A DNA stretch of 62,591 bases, the filler included, from Malassezia furfur (Eukaryota): assembly GCA_052055015.1 (NCBI GenBank). It is 15 parts of 15 records of this genome, joined end to end, with 100 filler letters (N's around TTAATTAATTAA, not from the genome) between each part and the next. Parts side by side here need not be neighbours in the genome. Positions count along the whole stretch, not along the records: positions 21,214 to 25,325 come from JBQJIT010000703.1; positions 25,426 to 29,532 come from JBQJIT010000704.1; positions 29,633 to 33,701 come from JBQJIT010000706.1; positions 33,802 to 37,858 come from JBQJIT010000707.1; 11 more parts are not named here. The stretch is one strand, 5' to 3'. The notes under the pieces were generated by a model that ran no database searches, had not been told where the DNA came from, and saw only the letters and a list, made by a program, of their open reading frames with translations. Both the position numbers and the translations under genes were made by a program. Shown one piece after another: positions 23,026-34,245 of the stretch. Each line of letters starts with the position of its first letter. Position 1 is the first letter of the stretch.

Positions 23026-25302
23026 CTAGAGCATCATCGGCTGCAGCCAGGCGTCGGCCGCACGGAACTGCTGCGCGACGGATGCCGCGACGGTGTGCTC
23101 TTCGGCGAGGATCTCGACGGCGCTCACGAGCGCCGTCCAGAAGCGGAAGCCGCGGCGCAGCTCGAGGCCGACGTCGCGAACATTTTCAAAGGTCTCGACC
23201 AGCATCTCGACCACGGAGCTCTTTTCCTCCTGGGTGTTGGCCTGTGCCGCCTCGCCTGCCGTCACCGTGCCGCCGTGGAGCGTGTAGAGCGCATCGAGGT
23301 AGCACTTCACGACGATACCCAAGCCTGTATTCGTGTCAGACTGGAAGAGCAGCGAGAGGCTCAGGTCGAGGTAGTCGTCGCGCGGCACGCGGTTCTCGCT
23401 CTTGAGCAGCATCGTCAGCGTGATCATCTCGACGAGCGAGCGCAGCGAGCGCGAGAGCGACTTGACGAACGAGTTGAACACGAGCAGCTCGCGCGAGAGC
23501 GGCGCATCCCAGGCCTGCGCCTTGAAGGTCATCGGCACGAGACTCAGCGCACGCATCACCAGCCGCATGTGCTGCATCTCCTCGTCCGAGCCAAACGACG
23601 GGCCGCCGCTGTACGACACGTGGCTGTACGCGTCGCCGTGCAGGACGCCGGCACGCACCAACTCCAGCGCGAGGTACAGCGGCTCCTGCACGCGGTCGTT
23701 CACCTTGACTTTTTGCAGCGCGCCGTGCAGCGCGTGCCCATACGCCGTGTGCGTGTGCTGCTCGCTCAAAAAGCCACGCAGCTCGAGCAGGCGCCACAGC
23801 GAGTTGGCCACCAGCTCGTCCTTTTTCGTGAGGCGTGCGCTTGCATCGCGCGTGCCGATCGTGCGCTTGGCGCGCGCCGCATCCGCCGTGGTGTTGAGGC
23901 ACAGCGGCAGGTCGATCGTCGCCGAGTTTTGCCGCTTGAGCTCCTCATCCAAAAATGCCGCGGGGACGTACCACAGCTCCATGCGCTGCAGCAACTGCTG
24001 CGTCGCGGGCGCCTCGTGCGGCACGGGGCAGTCGGCGTGGGGCTGGAAGTAGAACACGGCCGAGACTTTGCGCGCGCGCCAGAAGGGGTGCAGCGCCGCA
24101 CACGCGAGCGCAATCGCGATGCACCGCGGGCTCTGCGGCGACTCGGTGAGGTATTCGCGCACGAATCGCTGGTATTCACTCGTCTCGCCATTGTCGAGCG
24201 GCGCAGGCTCAATCACGTAGCCGCTCAGCAGACTGCCCAGCACGTTCGCGCTCGTCAGCCCGCGCGACAGGCACAAGAAGACCTCGTCGGGCAGCCGGAA
24301 CGAAAAGATCTCCTGCAGATCCGAGGGGACATCGGCCGCGTTCTTGTCGCCCTTGCCGAGCGCCAGCGGCAGCGGCACCACCATCGCCGACACGGGCGCC
24401 AGCACGAGCGAGTATTTGATCATGGTACGCGCGTGGCAGAACTGGTCCAGGTACGCCGACTTGACCACCAGAGGATGCTGCGCAAACTGGCTGCACAGCG
24501 CAAAACCACTGCGGTATTGCCGCACCAGCTGGCTCACCGCACGCAGGCCGGGCGGGCCCGAGGTCTGCAGCAGGCCCGTTGACTCGTCCTGCAGCGCAGG
24601 GAATGTCGAGCAGTATTCCATGCCCACCAGCAGCGCCGCATCCAGAAACTCGCTCTCGCTGCACTGCAGCTCACGCAGGATCGCTTGCTTGCTCACGTAC
24701 TGGAACTTGCCCTGCGCAAAGTCCATGTGCACAATCACTTTGTCCACGTTGTCGAACGCAAGCAGCTCCGAGGGACCGTACATCGCATGCACGTATTGCT
24801 TGCTGTGCGTCTCCAACAGCACCAGCTGCCCGGTCGCCAGATAGGGCGCAACGAGGAAATCGACATGCTTGTGGCGGAACATACGCAGCACATTCCGGTA
24901 TAGGTCAGGGAAATGGATGCTGTTGCTCGCGCGCAGGTGCTGGATCGCCAGGTCCACGTTGCCGGCCTCGTACGCCTCCCATGCACGCTTGCGGAGGCCT
25001 GGGCGCCGGTCTTCGTAGCTAAACGGGCGCGTGCGCTTCGCCGGCGACAGCCCGTTGAGCACAAACACGGGCTTGATGCGGTTCTGCTCCAAGACCCGCA
25101 GATCACTCTCGATCTTGGCCATCACGGCCAACGGCTGCCCGCCGATCGCCGCGACCAACGGCTCCGCGGTATCGGCAGACGAGAGCAGCTGCCGCAGGTA
25201 GTACGACAGGTCGATGCCGAGGCGCGTATTCTTCAGCAACGAGAGCTGGGCATCTTGGAGCAGCTGAGCATCCTGGAGGAATCCTTCGAGCCCACGGATC
25301 AT
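23026..25302 (-). CDS. MKT1: Mkt1 (XPG/PIN-like post-transcriptional regulator)
   Basis: RLGIDLSYYL, IKPVFVLNGL, FLVAPYLATGQL, YVHAMYGPSELL; start may lie in an upstream exon lost in the gap. Confidence 0.82.
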   Translation of the reverse strand: MIRGLEGFLQDAQLLQDAQLSLLKNTRLGIDLSYYLRQLLSSADTAEPLVAAIGGQPLAVMAKIESDLRVLEQNRIKPVFVLNGLSPAKRTRPFSYEDRRPGLRKRAWEAYEAGNVDLAIQHLRASNSIHFPDLYRNVLRMFRHKHVDFLVAPYLATGQLVLLETHSKQYVHAMYGPSELLAFDNVDKVIVHMDFAQGKFQYVSKQAILRELQCSESEFLDAALLVGMEYCSTFPALQDESTGLLQTSGPPGLRAVSQLVRQYRSGFALCSQFAQHPLVVKSAYLDQFCHARTMIKYSLVLAPVSAMVVPLPLALGKGDKNAADVPSDLQEIFSFRLPDEVFLCLSRGLTSANVLGSLLSGYVIEPAPLDNGETSEYQRFVREYLTESPQSPRCIAIALACAALHPFWRARKVSAVFYFQPHADCPVPHEAPATQQLLQRMELWYVPAAFLDEELKRQNSATIDLPLCLNTTADAARAKRTIGTRDASARLTKKDELVANSLWRLLELRGFLSEQHTHTAYGHALHGALQKVKVNDRVQEPLYLALELVRAGVLHGDAYSHVSYSGGPSFGSDEEMQHMRLVMRALSLVPMTFKAQAWDAPLSRELLVFNSFVKSLSRSLRSLVEMITLTMLLKSENRVPRDDYLDLSLSLLFQSDTNTGLGIVVKCYLDALYTLHGGTVTAGEAAQANTQEEKSSVVEMLVETFENVRDVGLELRRGFRFWTALVSAVEILAEEHTVAASVAQQFRAADAWLQPMML

Positions 25303-25425
25303 CTGCGCGTGTCGGTCGACGTCAANNNNNNNNNNNNNNNNNNNNNNNNNNNNNNNNNNNNNNNNNNNNTTAATTAATTAANNNNNNNNNNNNNNNNNNN
25401 NNNNNNNNNNNNNNNNNNNNNNNNN

Positions 25426-26486
25426 CCAGCGCCTCGGCGCTCGGCGCGTGCGTCGGCGAGGCGAGCGACGCGCGCGAGTCGGCAAGCGTGTCCGCAGAGC
25501 GCGTGGGCGCACGGGGCGTCGCCTCGGCGGCCGCGCGCTTGTCCGACTCCGCCTCGGGGTCGTCCTCGGTGTACATCTCCGTGTCCTCGGCACACTCGCT
25601 CGCACTCGCACTCGCACTCGCGCTCGCGCTCGCGGCCGAGTGCGCCGCGGTCCAGCACGACGTCGTGCTGCCCTCCGTGAGGTTCGTGTCGGTCTCGGTG
25701 TCGTGGCTCTGCGTCGAGGGCGCAAGCGTATCCATCTCCATCGGCGTCGCGGGGCGCGCGGCCGACGACACCGACGCAACGTCGGTTGCATCGCTGCGTG
25801 CGGGCGCCGCGTCGGGGGCACCGCCCGCGGGGTATCCAGAGCGGCGCGCCTCGTGCGCCTCGACGGCCGCGCGGCGCGCCATCTCGTCCTTTTGCAACTC
25901 GGCGGCGATCAGGAAACTCTCCAGGACGCGCACAATGATGGGCGCCACGCCGGCTTCCACGACCCGCGTGCGGATGGCCTCGCTGCCACGCACGCCAATG
26001 TTGACCACGCACTGGAACGCCAGACTCCATTTCCAGTTGGCCTGCAGGTCGCTGTACACACTCGCATCGCGCGCCTGGCTCGGCACACGCCGCGGCGAGG
26101 TGCGCAGGATGTGGATCAGTCGCTCGAGCCCGCCATCCAGCGTGACCATCTCGCGGATCCGCGGCGAGGTCGACGCCAGATACGCAAAGTGGTTCAGCGA
26201 GTTGACGAGCGGCAGCGTCGCCGTACAGTCGAGTGCTGCAAGTTAGTCTCTGTCCTGTGCGCACACCAACGGGGCACGAGCGGCGGGTGTCAGAAAACAT
26301 TGTCGACATAGCCGAGGGCCGAAAAGGACCCCCGTGTGTAGCTCCGTGCTTGACTCTATATTGTGTGGGATCATCCTTGTCCCGCGCCCGCGCCCCTCAA
26401 CACGTACCTCTCCGATCATACACCACAGCCGAGATCGTCGCACACGCCCGGTTTTGTGAGGGGTTGCTAATGTTGCTTTCCCGCAT
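25426..26486 (-). CDS. MUB1: MYND-type zinc finger protein Mub1/SamB, N-terminal part; 172-nt intron 26236-26407
   Basis: Spliced MRESNISNPSQNRACATISAVVYDRR|ALDCTATLPLVNSLNHFAYLASTSPRIREMVTLDGGLERLI matches the SamB/Mub1 N-terminus. Confidence 0.88.
26283..26385 (-). ncRNA. Intronic box C/D snoRNA, snR66-like (predicted guide for LSU rRNA Um2417, yeast numbering)
   Basis: Box C AGGAUGA (26371-26377), guide UAGAGUCAAGC antisense to LSU GCUUGACUCUA, D' CGGA, box D CUGA (26290-26293), ~16-bp flanking stem 26271-26287/26381-26396. Confidence 0.8.
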
Positions 26487-26976
26487 TTTTTTCGCGTTTT
26501 CACACACACGTCCCGCACAGCGTAGCGTCCCACCCTACAAGTCAGGGCAAGGTGGGCTCTCTTCTGTGTCCCAGTCACGAACTGCGGGCACACGAACGCC
26601 TTGCACACGCTGTTCCCGGATCCGACAGGCAGCAGTGCCCTTGGAACCTTACGGGCACGGACAAAGGTGGCGAGAGACAAACGCGGCCGGCCGCCTGTCC
26701 CCCTGACAGGGGTTGTTGGGACAAATGCAAATTATTTCGCGAATCGCTCACAGCCGCCTCTAGCTGGCCAGGGCGGCGCGCACGCGCGACGCGCCCTGCG
26801 CGCGCCAGGCTCGCCCACGGCACGCGCTGTGCTCCTACACTGTCGCTATGATGCCTTGATCGCCCCACACGGAGCGCCACCCCCGGGGCGCCCGAGCTCC
26901 CCACACGCCACCCTCCGCGGACAAAGGGGCCTGTTGTGGGCACCCCGTGTGGAGGCCTGGCCGTTGCTTGGCAACG

Positions 26977-27454
26977 ATGGCCGAGCCCCACCGCCACGTC
27001 GCTGTCGAGACAGACGCACACGCGGGGAACACGGCGCATCTGGACGCCCTCGAGGAGTCCGTCAACAAGCGCATCGATGCGGACGTCAATGTCCTGATGG
27101 AAAACATGAAGGAGATCCTCAATCTCAGTCGCGTACGTCCCCCACACCCGGGCTCTGACGCAGATCGGCGGGAAAGATCACTACGACGTCAGTCGCGAGG
27201 CATTCCAACTCGAGACACGCGCAGACAGCATGGTGCGTGCGATTCAGTCGCTCTATCTGCTCTCCAACTCGCTTAAACTCTCGCTCCTTTTGTCCCAGTC
27301 GCAAATGTCCGACGCCCACAACAGCGAAGCGGAGCAGCTGATCCAGGAAGCCGAGGCGCACCAACGCGAATGCAGCCAGCTGCTTGCCGAACACTGGCTT
27401 CCTGGCTCGTCATTGCAAGACAGTGCATCCGGTCCAGACCACGATACCCCCTAG
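26977..27454 (+). CDS. MED22: Mediator subunit Med22 (Srb6); 31-nt intron 27133-27163
   Basis: RIDADVNVLMENMKEILNLSR|IGGKDH..EAFQLETRADSMVRAIQSLYLLSNSLKLSLLL. Confidence 0.8.
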
Positions 27455-27690
27455 CTAGCTCCAGACCCCCCAGGCCATCAGCTGCACACCCACGTGTCCC
27501 GTCGCGCTGGCTTGAGGCCGTCGCGCGGTTGCGCCGAGGTCGGTCGGGCAAGGTTCACTCTCGAGAGTTTGGTACCAACTAGCAAAAACATGTTTCTAAT
27601 ACAAAGATAGGAAGATGCTGTTTCATTATACAAAACATTTGACACGTTCCCTGGGTGCAGGGCCACGTTGGGTATCGTAACATTGGAGAA

Positions 27691-29127
27691 TCAATTCTCG
27701 CGAAGGTGCCAGCCACTCACGTCGCCTGCACTCACGCGTCGGCGCTGCGCATTGGCCAGGCGCGCCTTGTTGCTGTGGCCGCCGCCCGGCGTGCGCGTCG
27801 AGGGCGAACGCACAACACCCTCGGACGGTGTCTCCTCCGAACCGTAGTCGTACGCATCGTCGAATCCATCTTCGCTGGCAGCGTAAGCGGGGCCACGCCG
27901 TCCGCGCGATCCAAGCGAGGCAGGGGTCGAAACGCGACGGGCCTGCGAAGCCATGGTCCCCCGCGGCAGGGGCGCCACCTCGGACTCGTTCAGCGTCGAG
28001 CCGTCCGAGGTGATACTGGGCGGCGCCCAAGACGGCGCACGGAGCATGCCGGTACCACCCGCGCCCGCAGGAACCGGCGCCTCGGTAAGACCAGCGCGGC
28101 GACTGTTGACGCTGTGGCGTGAGTACGCGCCGCCATGGTAGTTCGAGTGGCTCGCAAACGTGTTCGAGTCCGACATCGAAGCGGTCGAGGACGGGTCGCT
28201 GTATTCGGGGCCGCGGCGACTGTGCGAGCCGGACGACGAGCCATAGCGCGACGAGTACTCCGAGTAGTCGTCGCGCTCCGAGCTGTTGATCGAGCCGTTG
28301 ACAATCATACCGGGCTTGAGACCAGTACGCCCCGCGTCCTCATCGTAGTAGCGCTTCTCATTGTAGTCTTCGTACATGTCGTCGTGGCCGTTACCGAACA
28401 TACGTGCGCCGCCGACCTTGCCGCCGCCCTTGGTGCGGTACTTCATCGGGTCGTTGAACGACGAGAGCGCCGACGGCGCCTGGTGCTGGTAGTCATACGC
28501 ACGCTGGCCCCACTCCCAGAACACCTCATTGAGCGAGTCTTGGTCAATAAAGAGGAAGAGATAGGTGGCGAAAAAGAGCTCAATCGCCATGAACCCTGCT
28601 TGAATACCAAACGTGGCATACGCCAGGGGCACCACCCAGTTGATCAGGTCACACGCGTGTCCCCAATCCGCGGGCTTCGGATAATGGTAGTAGCCGTCAA
28701 ACCGACAGTTCTCGCGACCGCGGAAGTCGGCCGCATACGCAAGCGCACCACTGATCCAGATAGAGCACATGGCAAACTGGAAGAGCAGTTCGCACTTCAC
28801 GAAAAAGATCATACCCAAGAACGAGCCCCGGCGCACCATGTTGGTCGACGGCAAGAAGATGTAGTAGCCAAAGTAGATGAGGCAAGTGAGGAATCCCACG
28901 ATAACCATGAAGATCATACTGCTCCAGGAGGGGAAAACGATCGGTTTGTGCGTCCGGAAGTAGTTCACCGCGAGAATGGCCATGATCGAGGTCGCCAGCG
29001 CCATGAGACAGACTAGGACCGTGAATATGAAACGAATAGCCTGCAGCATCTTGGGGTTCGGTGCAGGCATCCCCGAGTGTGGGTTTTGCGCTGGTGTCTC
29101 CAGCGCGTAACGTTGCGGGAGCACCAT
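27691..29127 (-). CDS. Four-TM MARVEL-like membrane protein with long Ser-rich cytoplasmic tail
   Basis: 478-aa ORF; four hydrophobic helices and a Cys pair in the loop between TM3 and TM4. Confidence 0.7.
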   Translation of the reverse strand: MVLPQRYALETPAQNPHSGMPAPNPKMLQAIRFIFTVLVCLMALATSIMAILAVNYFRTHKPIVFPSWSSMIFMVIVGFLTCLIYFGYYIFLPSTNMVRRGSFLGMIFFVKCELLFQFAMCSIWISGALAYAADFRGRENCRFDGYYHYPKPADWGHACDLINWVVPLAYATFGIQAGFMAIELFFATYLFLFIDQDSLNEVFWEWGQRAYDYQHQAPSALSSFNDPMKYRTKGGGKVGGARMFGNGHDDMYEDYNEKRYYDEDAGRTGLKPGMIVNGSINSSERDDYSEYSSRYGSSSGSHSRRGPEYSDPSSTASMSDSNTFASHSNYHGGAYSRHSVNSRRAGLTEAPVPAGAGGTGMLRAPSWAPPSITSDGSTLNESEVAPLPRGTMASQARRVSTPASLGSRGRRGPAYAASEDGFDDAYDYGSEETPSEGVVRSPSTRTPGGGHSNKARLANAQRRRVSAGDVSGWHLREN

Positions 29128-29632
29128 GTTGAAGTGTTGAGTGCCGCGAGTTTTTGAGTCCGAAGAAGAAACAAGAGAATAAAAGGAAGGGCGAGTGCAC
29201 GCAGCTCAGTCCGTCGCCGGGTGTGTGTCGCAACGATGCACACGCCTTCTAAGAGCAGTGAGAGGGTTAAAGTTGCTCTTAAACCGCGTCTCCGGCGCCA
29301 CGAAGCTGGGAAGTACTGGGTACGCGATGCGAATTACCCCACGCACTTACGCCTGCGGTTTGCCAACAATTTGGCGGCCATTGTTTTTTGCTAGGGTCTC
29401 CAGCGCCCAATCAATTTCGCAGGCGTCAAGCAGCGCATTGCCTAGTCCGGTCATGTGCCTCGCCTGACAAAGCCGACCAATTTACCAAGTCATCTGCAAC
29501 GAAATGTTGGGGTGTATCACGTGCATCGTTGCNNNNNNNNNNNNNNNNNNNNNNNNNNNNNNNNNNNNNNNNNNNNTTAATTAATTAANNNNNNNNNNNN
29601 NNNNNNNNNNNNNNNNNNNNNNNNNNNNNNNN

Positions 29633-29785
29633 GCGGCTGCGCCCGCTGCGTCCGCCGCCGCATCGGCCTCCGCCACGCCCGCAGGCGCGCCCGACGCACT
29701 TCGCAGCCCGGCTGTTGCGGCCGACCCCGCGACGGACACGGACGACGATGACTACGTACATAACCCCTTTGATGATGATGACTAG
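29633..29785 (+). CDS. C-terminal fragment of an unknown protein ending DDDDYVHNPFDDDD*
   Basis: Open frame from the gap to TAG 29783-29785; NPF-acidic motif. Confidence 0.55.
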   Translation, partial: AAAPAASAAASASATPAGAPDALRSPAVAADPATDTDDDDYVHNPFDDDD

Positions 29786-29786
29786 A

Positions 29787-32434
29787 TTAAGGCGACTGCG
29801 GGACAATCGCATTGATCAGGCCGCCCCACGGCATGATCCCCGAATCCATCTGCTGCTGCTGCTGCTGCTGCGCCACAGCATTGTACGAGTCGACGGACGG
29901 CGTAAACGTTGCCGGCAGGTTGGAGAACATGGCCGACGGCGTGTCGCCGCTGGTGCCTGCGCTGGACGGCTGCTGCATGAGCCCCTGGAAGTCGACGCCG
30001 TACGGCTCAAACGTGTCGTGGTCGTACATAGCGAGGCGCTGGTCGAACGGAGTGACGTCCATCTGCGGCTGCACGTCGTTCGCGGAGCGGAACAGGTCGA
30101 GGCCGTTGACGTCGAGGCTCAGCGGCGGCGCCGAGTAGGTGTTGTCGTGCTGCAGCGGCATTTCGTTCGCGATGCCCGGCGGGAAGAGCGAGAGCGCCTT
30201 GTTGAAGCCGCCCAGGTTCGTCAGGAACGACTGGGCCGACTCGTTGCCCTCCCAGCTCTGCTGCGAGTTCTCCGGCGTGGTGCTCGTGCTTGCCGCGGCG
30301 GACGCCGGCGCGTGCGACGACGAGGCGGCCTGCGATGCCGAGTTGCGCTTGCGCCGCCGCTTGGACGCATGCCGCGGCTCCTGCGCCTTGGCGAGGAACA
30401 TCTGCACGATCTTCACCTCGCGCCGGCTGCACAGGTCCGTGCGGTGGCGGTTGCCCGCGACAAACTCCTCGAGGAACGCCTTCTGCTCCGCGGCGCGCGC
30501 GGGGTCGCGCTCGAGGAGGAGCATGATGCCGTAGATGAGCGCCGTGTTGAACAGGCGGTACAGCCCGCCGAGCTTGCACTGCCGCGAGCGCGTGTGCTCC
30601 GGCACCGCCTCGTCGAACGCCTTGCGCACGAGCATGTCGGTGTGCGCCACCTGGAACGCAATCTCGCGCGAGCGGCGGTACTTGGGGTCCGAGCGCAGCA
30701 CGTACGGCCGGTGCAGGGTGATCCGCGTAAAGTTGAGCTCCACGTGGATCAGGTAGCGATGGAAGGGCAGATTCGGAATTTCCTTGTCCAGGCTCAGGTC
30801 CACGCCGGGCTGGTCGGGCGTGCGCAGGAACGACGGCAGGCTCTCGCGGAACTGCTCGAGCTCGCGGTCGAGGCGCATCACGTCCTCGTGCTGCGCGGGG
30901 TGGCGCAGGTCCTGGTACAGATCGCCGATCTGCCCCATCAGCCGGCCGAGCGAGTAGCGCATCGCGGCGAACAAAAAGGGCGAGGGGCGCTTCGCGTTCG
31001 CGTAGCCGGTCGACGCGTGCGCGGGCGCCGACGGGCTCAGGTCGTCGAGCGACACGTCCGACGGGGGGAGCGTGTCGCAGTGTGCGTCCTGGATGCACGA
31101 CGGGCGCGCGACGAGGATGGAGATCACCCTGTCCCAGTGGTACAGCGTCGCCCAGAGCCGCCGCCGCCGCTCGGTCGTCACCTGGTCGAGGCCGAGCTTG
31201 CTCCCGTCGCGGTGCAGGCCGACGCTCTGCGCGCCACGCACCGCCGCGCCGCCGTACATCCACACCTGCGTCGGGCGCCGCAGCAGAATACAAAACTTGC
31301 TCGCGAGCACATTCGCCAGCACGAGGTCGATGTGGTCGCCGCGGATGAACGACGCCACCTCGAGCGAGCGCCGGCCCGCGTGGAAGAAGCGCAGCGCCTT
31401 TTGGATCGCCTCGTTGTCGCTGCACCCGTCGACCGGGAGCGACAGCGCCGAGTGCGCGAAGAAAAAGAAAAGCGTCGTCAGGTACGGCAGCAGCCGCGCG
31501 CCCTCGCTCGGGCGCCGCTCGCCGCTCGACGCCCCGCCGTACCAGAACTGCATCAGCTCGTCGTACAGCAGGCGGAAGGTGCGCTCGTGCACCGGCAGGA
31601 TGATGTAGTTAAGCTCGACAAAGTACGTGTCGAACAGCAGGTCGCACTCCTCCTTCGGCGGCAGCATCCGCATCAGCGAGCGCACAATGTTGGGCGGCGC
31701 GCCGCCCTCGGCAATCAGCCGCTCGACGCGCTCCGACGCGGGCGACCGCGGGATCGCACTCTGCACCTCGAGCTGCTCGCCGTCCACCTCGGCGCACACG
31801 GCACGCTGCGACATGGACGGCAGCGCGAGCTCGCCGAACCAGCTCGAGCCATGGTCCGAGAGCATCGCGCCGCGCGGCTTGCACTCGCTCGTCGTCTGGG
31901 GGTCCTTTTCGAGGTGCTTGAGCTCCTCGCGCTCGAGGCCGTACAGCGCCGACGGCCCCTCGGACGTGCGCGCGCCCGTGTCCACCGAGAAGCTGCGCGC
32001 GCTGCGGTCCGGCGCCTCTTCGGACACGCGCGCCGAGCGGTCCTCGAGGTGCTCGCCGTCGAGCCACGCCAGGTGGCGCTCGACGTTCTTGTGGTCGGAC
32101 GCAAGGCCCTGCACGAGCACCTCGAGGCGCCGCACGCGCTCATGCAGGTTGCCGAACTCGTCGCCCTCCCCGTACGGGTGGCACAGCTCCGCGGTGCCCC
32201 GGTCGATGCACGGCTGGCACGGGATCTTGCGGTCGCACTGGATGAGTCACGCCAAGACCTACCTTGTGCTTGCGCCGGTGGCATTCCGCACAGCTGTAGT
32301 GGATGCGCTGCACCGTCAGCACGCACACAACCTACCTGGCGCTTCTTCTTCGGCGGCTCCGTGAGCGCCGCGGACACCACGTCCGCCACAGACGAGCTCT
32401 GCCGCACGCGCTCCGCCGGCGCCTGGGCGTCCAT
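29787..32434 (-). CDS. Zn(II)2Cys6 fungal transcription factor with Fungal_trans middle domain; introns 32308-32335 (28 nt) and 32238-32262 (25 nt)
   Basis: Spliced SCAECHRRKHK|CDRKIPCQPCIDRGTAELC; AQSVGLHRDG...ERRRRLWATLY. Confidence 0.93.
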
Positions 32435-32487
32435 GGTCAAAGGGCACGGCGCACCGCGCACGTGGCACACGCGTGGACCCCGTGCGC

Positions 32488-33701
32488 ATGGCCACCACCG
32501 ACGCCGCCGCTGCGGCCCCGCCGCGCTCCGCGTACGCGCTCGTGACGCAGCTGCGCGACGCGGTCGCCGCACTCCGCGCCGACACGCCCGCACGCGATGC
32601 GCTGCATGTACTCGACGCACGCACCGCCGCGCATCTCGGTCTGTACCCGCTCGGCGCCGACACCGCGCCGCGCCTCGCGCCCGAGACGTGGTCGGACGCG
32701 TGCGACGCGCTGCAGAGCGCCGCACTCGCCGCACGGCAGCACCTCGCGGCGCACGCGCCAACGCACCTCGCCGAGCTCGGCGTCCAGGCCACCGAGTACG
32801 TCCGCGCCGCCCATGGCGTCGACGCCGCCGCACGCCTCGCCGACGCGCCGGACGCGGCGAGCGCACTGCCTGCGCCGCTGTACATGGGCGCGCTGCGCGC
32901 CGACGCGCCGCGCACGCCGCCACACGACGCGGCACACGCAATCGCCGACGCGCTGTGCGCCGCGATCGAGCCGGTCGCCGCCCAGCTCCGCCTCGAGAGC
33001 TTTGTGGAGCGCGTCGATGCGCCGGACGCCGACGCGCCCGACACGCTGCCGGACGCCGTGCAGCGCACACACACGTTCACGAGCGGCGGGCGGATCATCG
33101 TGCTTGACATCGAGCTCGGCGTCGACACGGCGTCGCGCGCACCGCACGTCCGCCTCCAGATCTCCTATGCGCGCGCCGAAGATACCCCGTCGCCGAGCGC
33201 GCCGTCCGACACGCGCCTCGCGGCGCTGCTCGGCACGCTCCTGCAGCAGCTCGCGCTCGTGCTTTACGGCGCGACGCACGTCGACGACGCGGCGCTCCGC
33301 GCATGTGCGCCGCCGACGGCGCCCGCGACGCCGTACGCCTATGCGCTCTGCCTGTGGCGCGCGTTTGTAGCCCACCTTGCGACGCTCGCATACCTCGACG
33401 AGCTCAGCGCACACGCCGTGCGCCGCGTCGAGGGCAGCCCGGCCGTCGACCTGTTCGCCGTGCTCGAGGCGGCGGGGACGTGCGCCGAGCAGCTCTGCAC
33501 GCAGCAGGCCACGGCGCTCGGCGTCCCGCCGCGCACGCCGCTCGCGACGCTCGCGACGTCGCACCCGGACGCCGCGCAGCGCCTCACGCGGTGCGCGCAC
33601 GGCATCGCGCTGCAGCACACCGTCGCGCCCTACCTCGTGCTCGTATACGCCCTGCCGGCGCCGCACGCGCCGCCGTGCGGCGCGCCGTGGCACGCGACGC
33701 T
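32488..33701 (+). CDS. Mediator subunit Med1-like protein (3' truncated)
   Basis: LRLESFVE...TFTSGGRIIVLDIELG...VRLQISYA resembles the fungal Med1 core. Confidence 0.6.
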
Positions 33702-33801
33702 NNNNNNNNNNNNNNNNNNNNNNNNNNNNNNNNNNNNNNNNNNNNTTAATTAATTAANNNNNNNNNNNNNNNNNNNNNNNNNNNNNNNNNNNNNNNNNNN
33801 N

Positions 33802-34245
33802 AGTGCGTCGCGCCTCGAGTACGTCGAGACCGCCGCGACGTGCCTGTTCAACGTCGTGTACCTTGCGCCGCCCGCGGTGAAGTATGCGCTGCGCGACGCG
33901 CCCGGTGTGCCGCGCGCGCTGTTCCGCGCGGCGCGCCGCCTGCTGCAGAGCGCGCCGGACTATGCGCGCAATCCGTACGGCGTGCTGTGCCGGCGGCTCA
34001 TCGAGACGCTCGCGCTCCTGAGCGAGGGCGAGGACGTGTTTGGCTCGGCGCCGCTGCAGGGCATGTACTGGCCCGCGCCCGGCGACCGCGACACACACGC
34101 GCCGCCGGGCGACACGTCGCGCCGGCGCATGCGCTCGGGGCTCCTCGTGGAGGAGGACGACGCGGTGCTCGACCTGCTGATCCGCATGCCGAGTGTGGAG
34201 GCGAGCGTCGCGGACGAGCTGCTGGCGCTCGTATCTGTACCGTAG
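33802..34245 (+). CDS. C-terminal helical fragment, possibly Swi1/ARID1 (BAF250_C)-like
   Basis: Open frame to TAG 34245; NPYGVLCRRLIETLALLSEGEDVF; family assignment tentative. Confidence 0.45.
   Translation, partial: SASRLEYVETAATCLFNVVYLAPPAVKYALRDAPGVPRALFRAARRLLQSAPDYARNPYGVLCRRLIETLALLSEGEDVFGSAPLQGMYWPAPGDRDTHAPPGDTSRRRMRSGLLVEEDDAVLDLLIRMPSVEASVADELLALVSVP

Noticed and set aside
25596..25632. (GCACTC)n microsatellite
   Set aside because: Encodes a Ser-Ala run in a disordered part of Mub1; ordinary.
32488..34245. Joining the Med1-like N-terminus with the 33802-34245 fragment as one gene
   Set aside because: Separated by an artificial linker between unlinked contigs.
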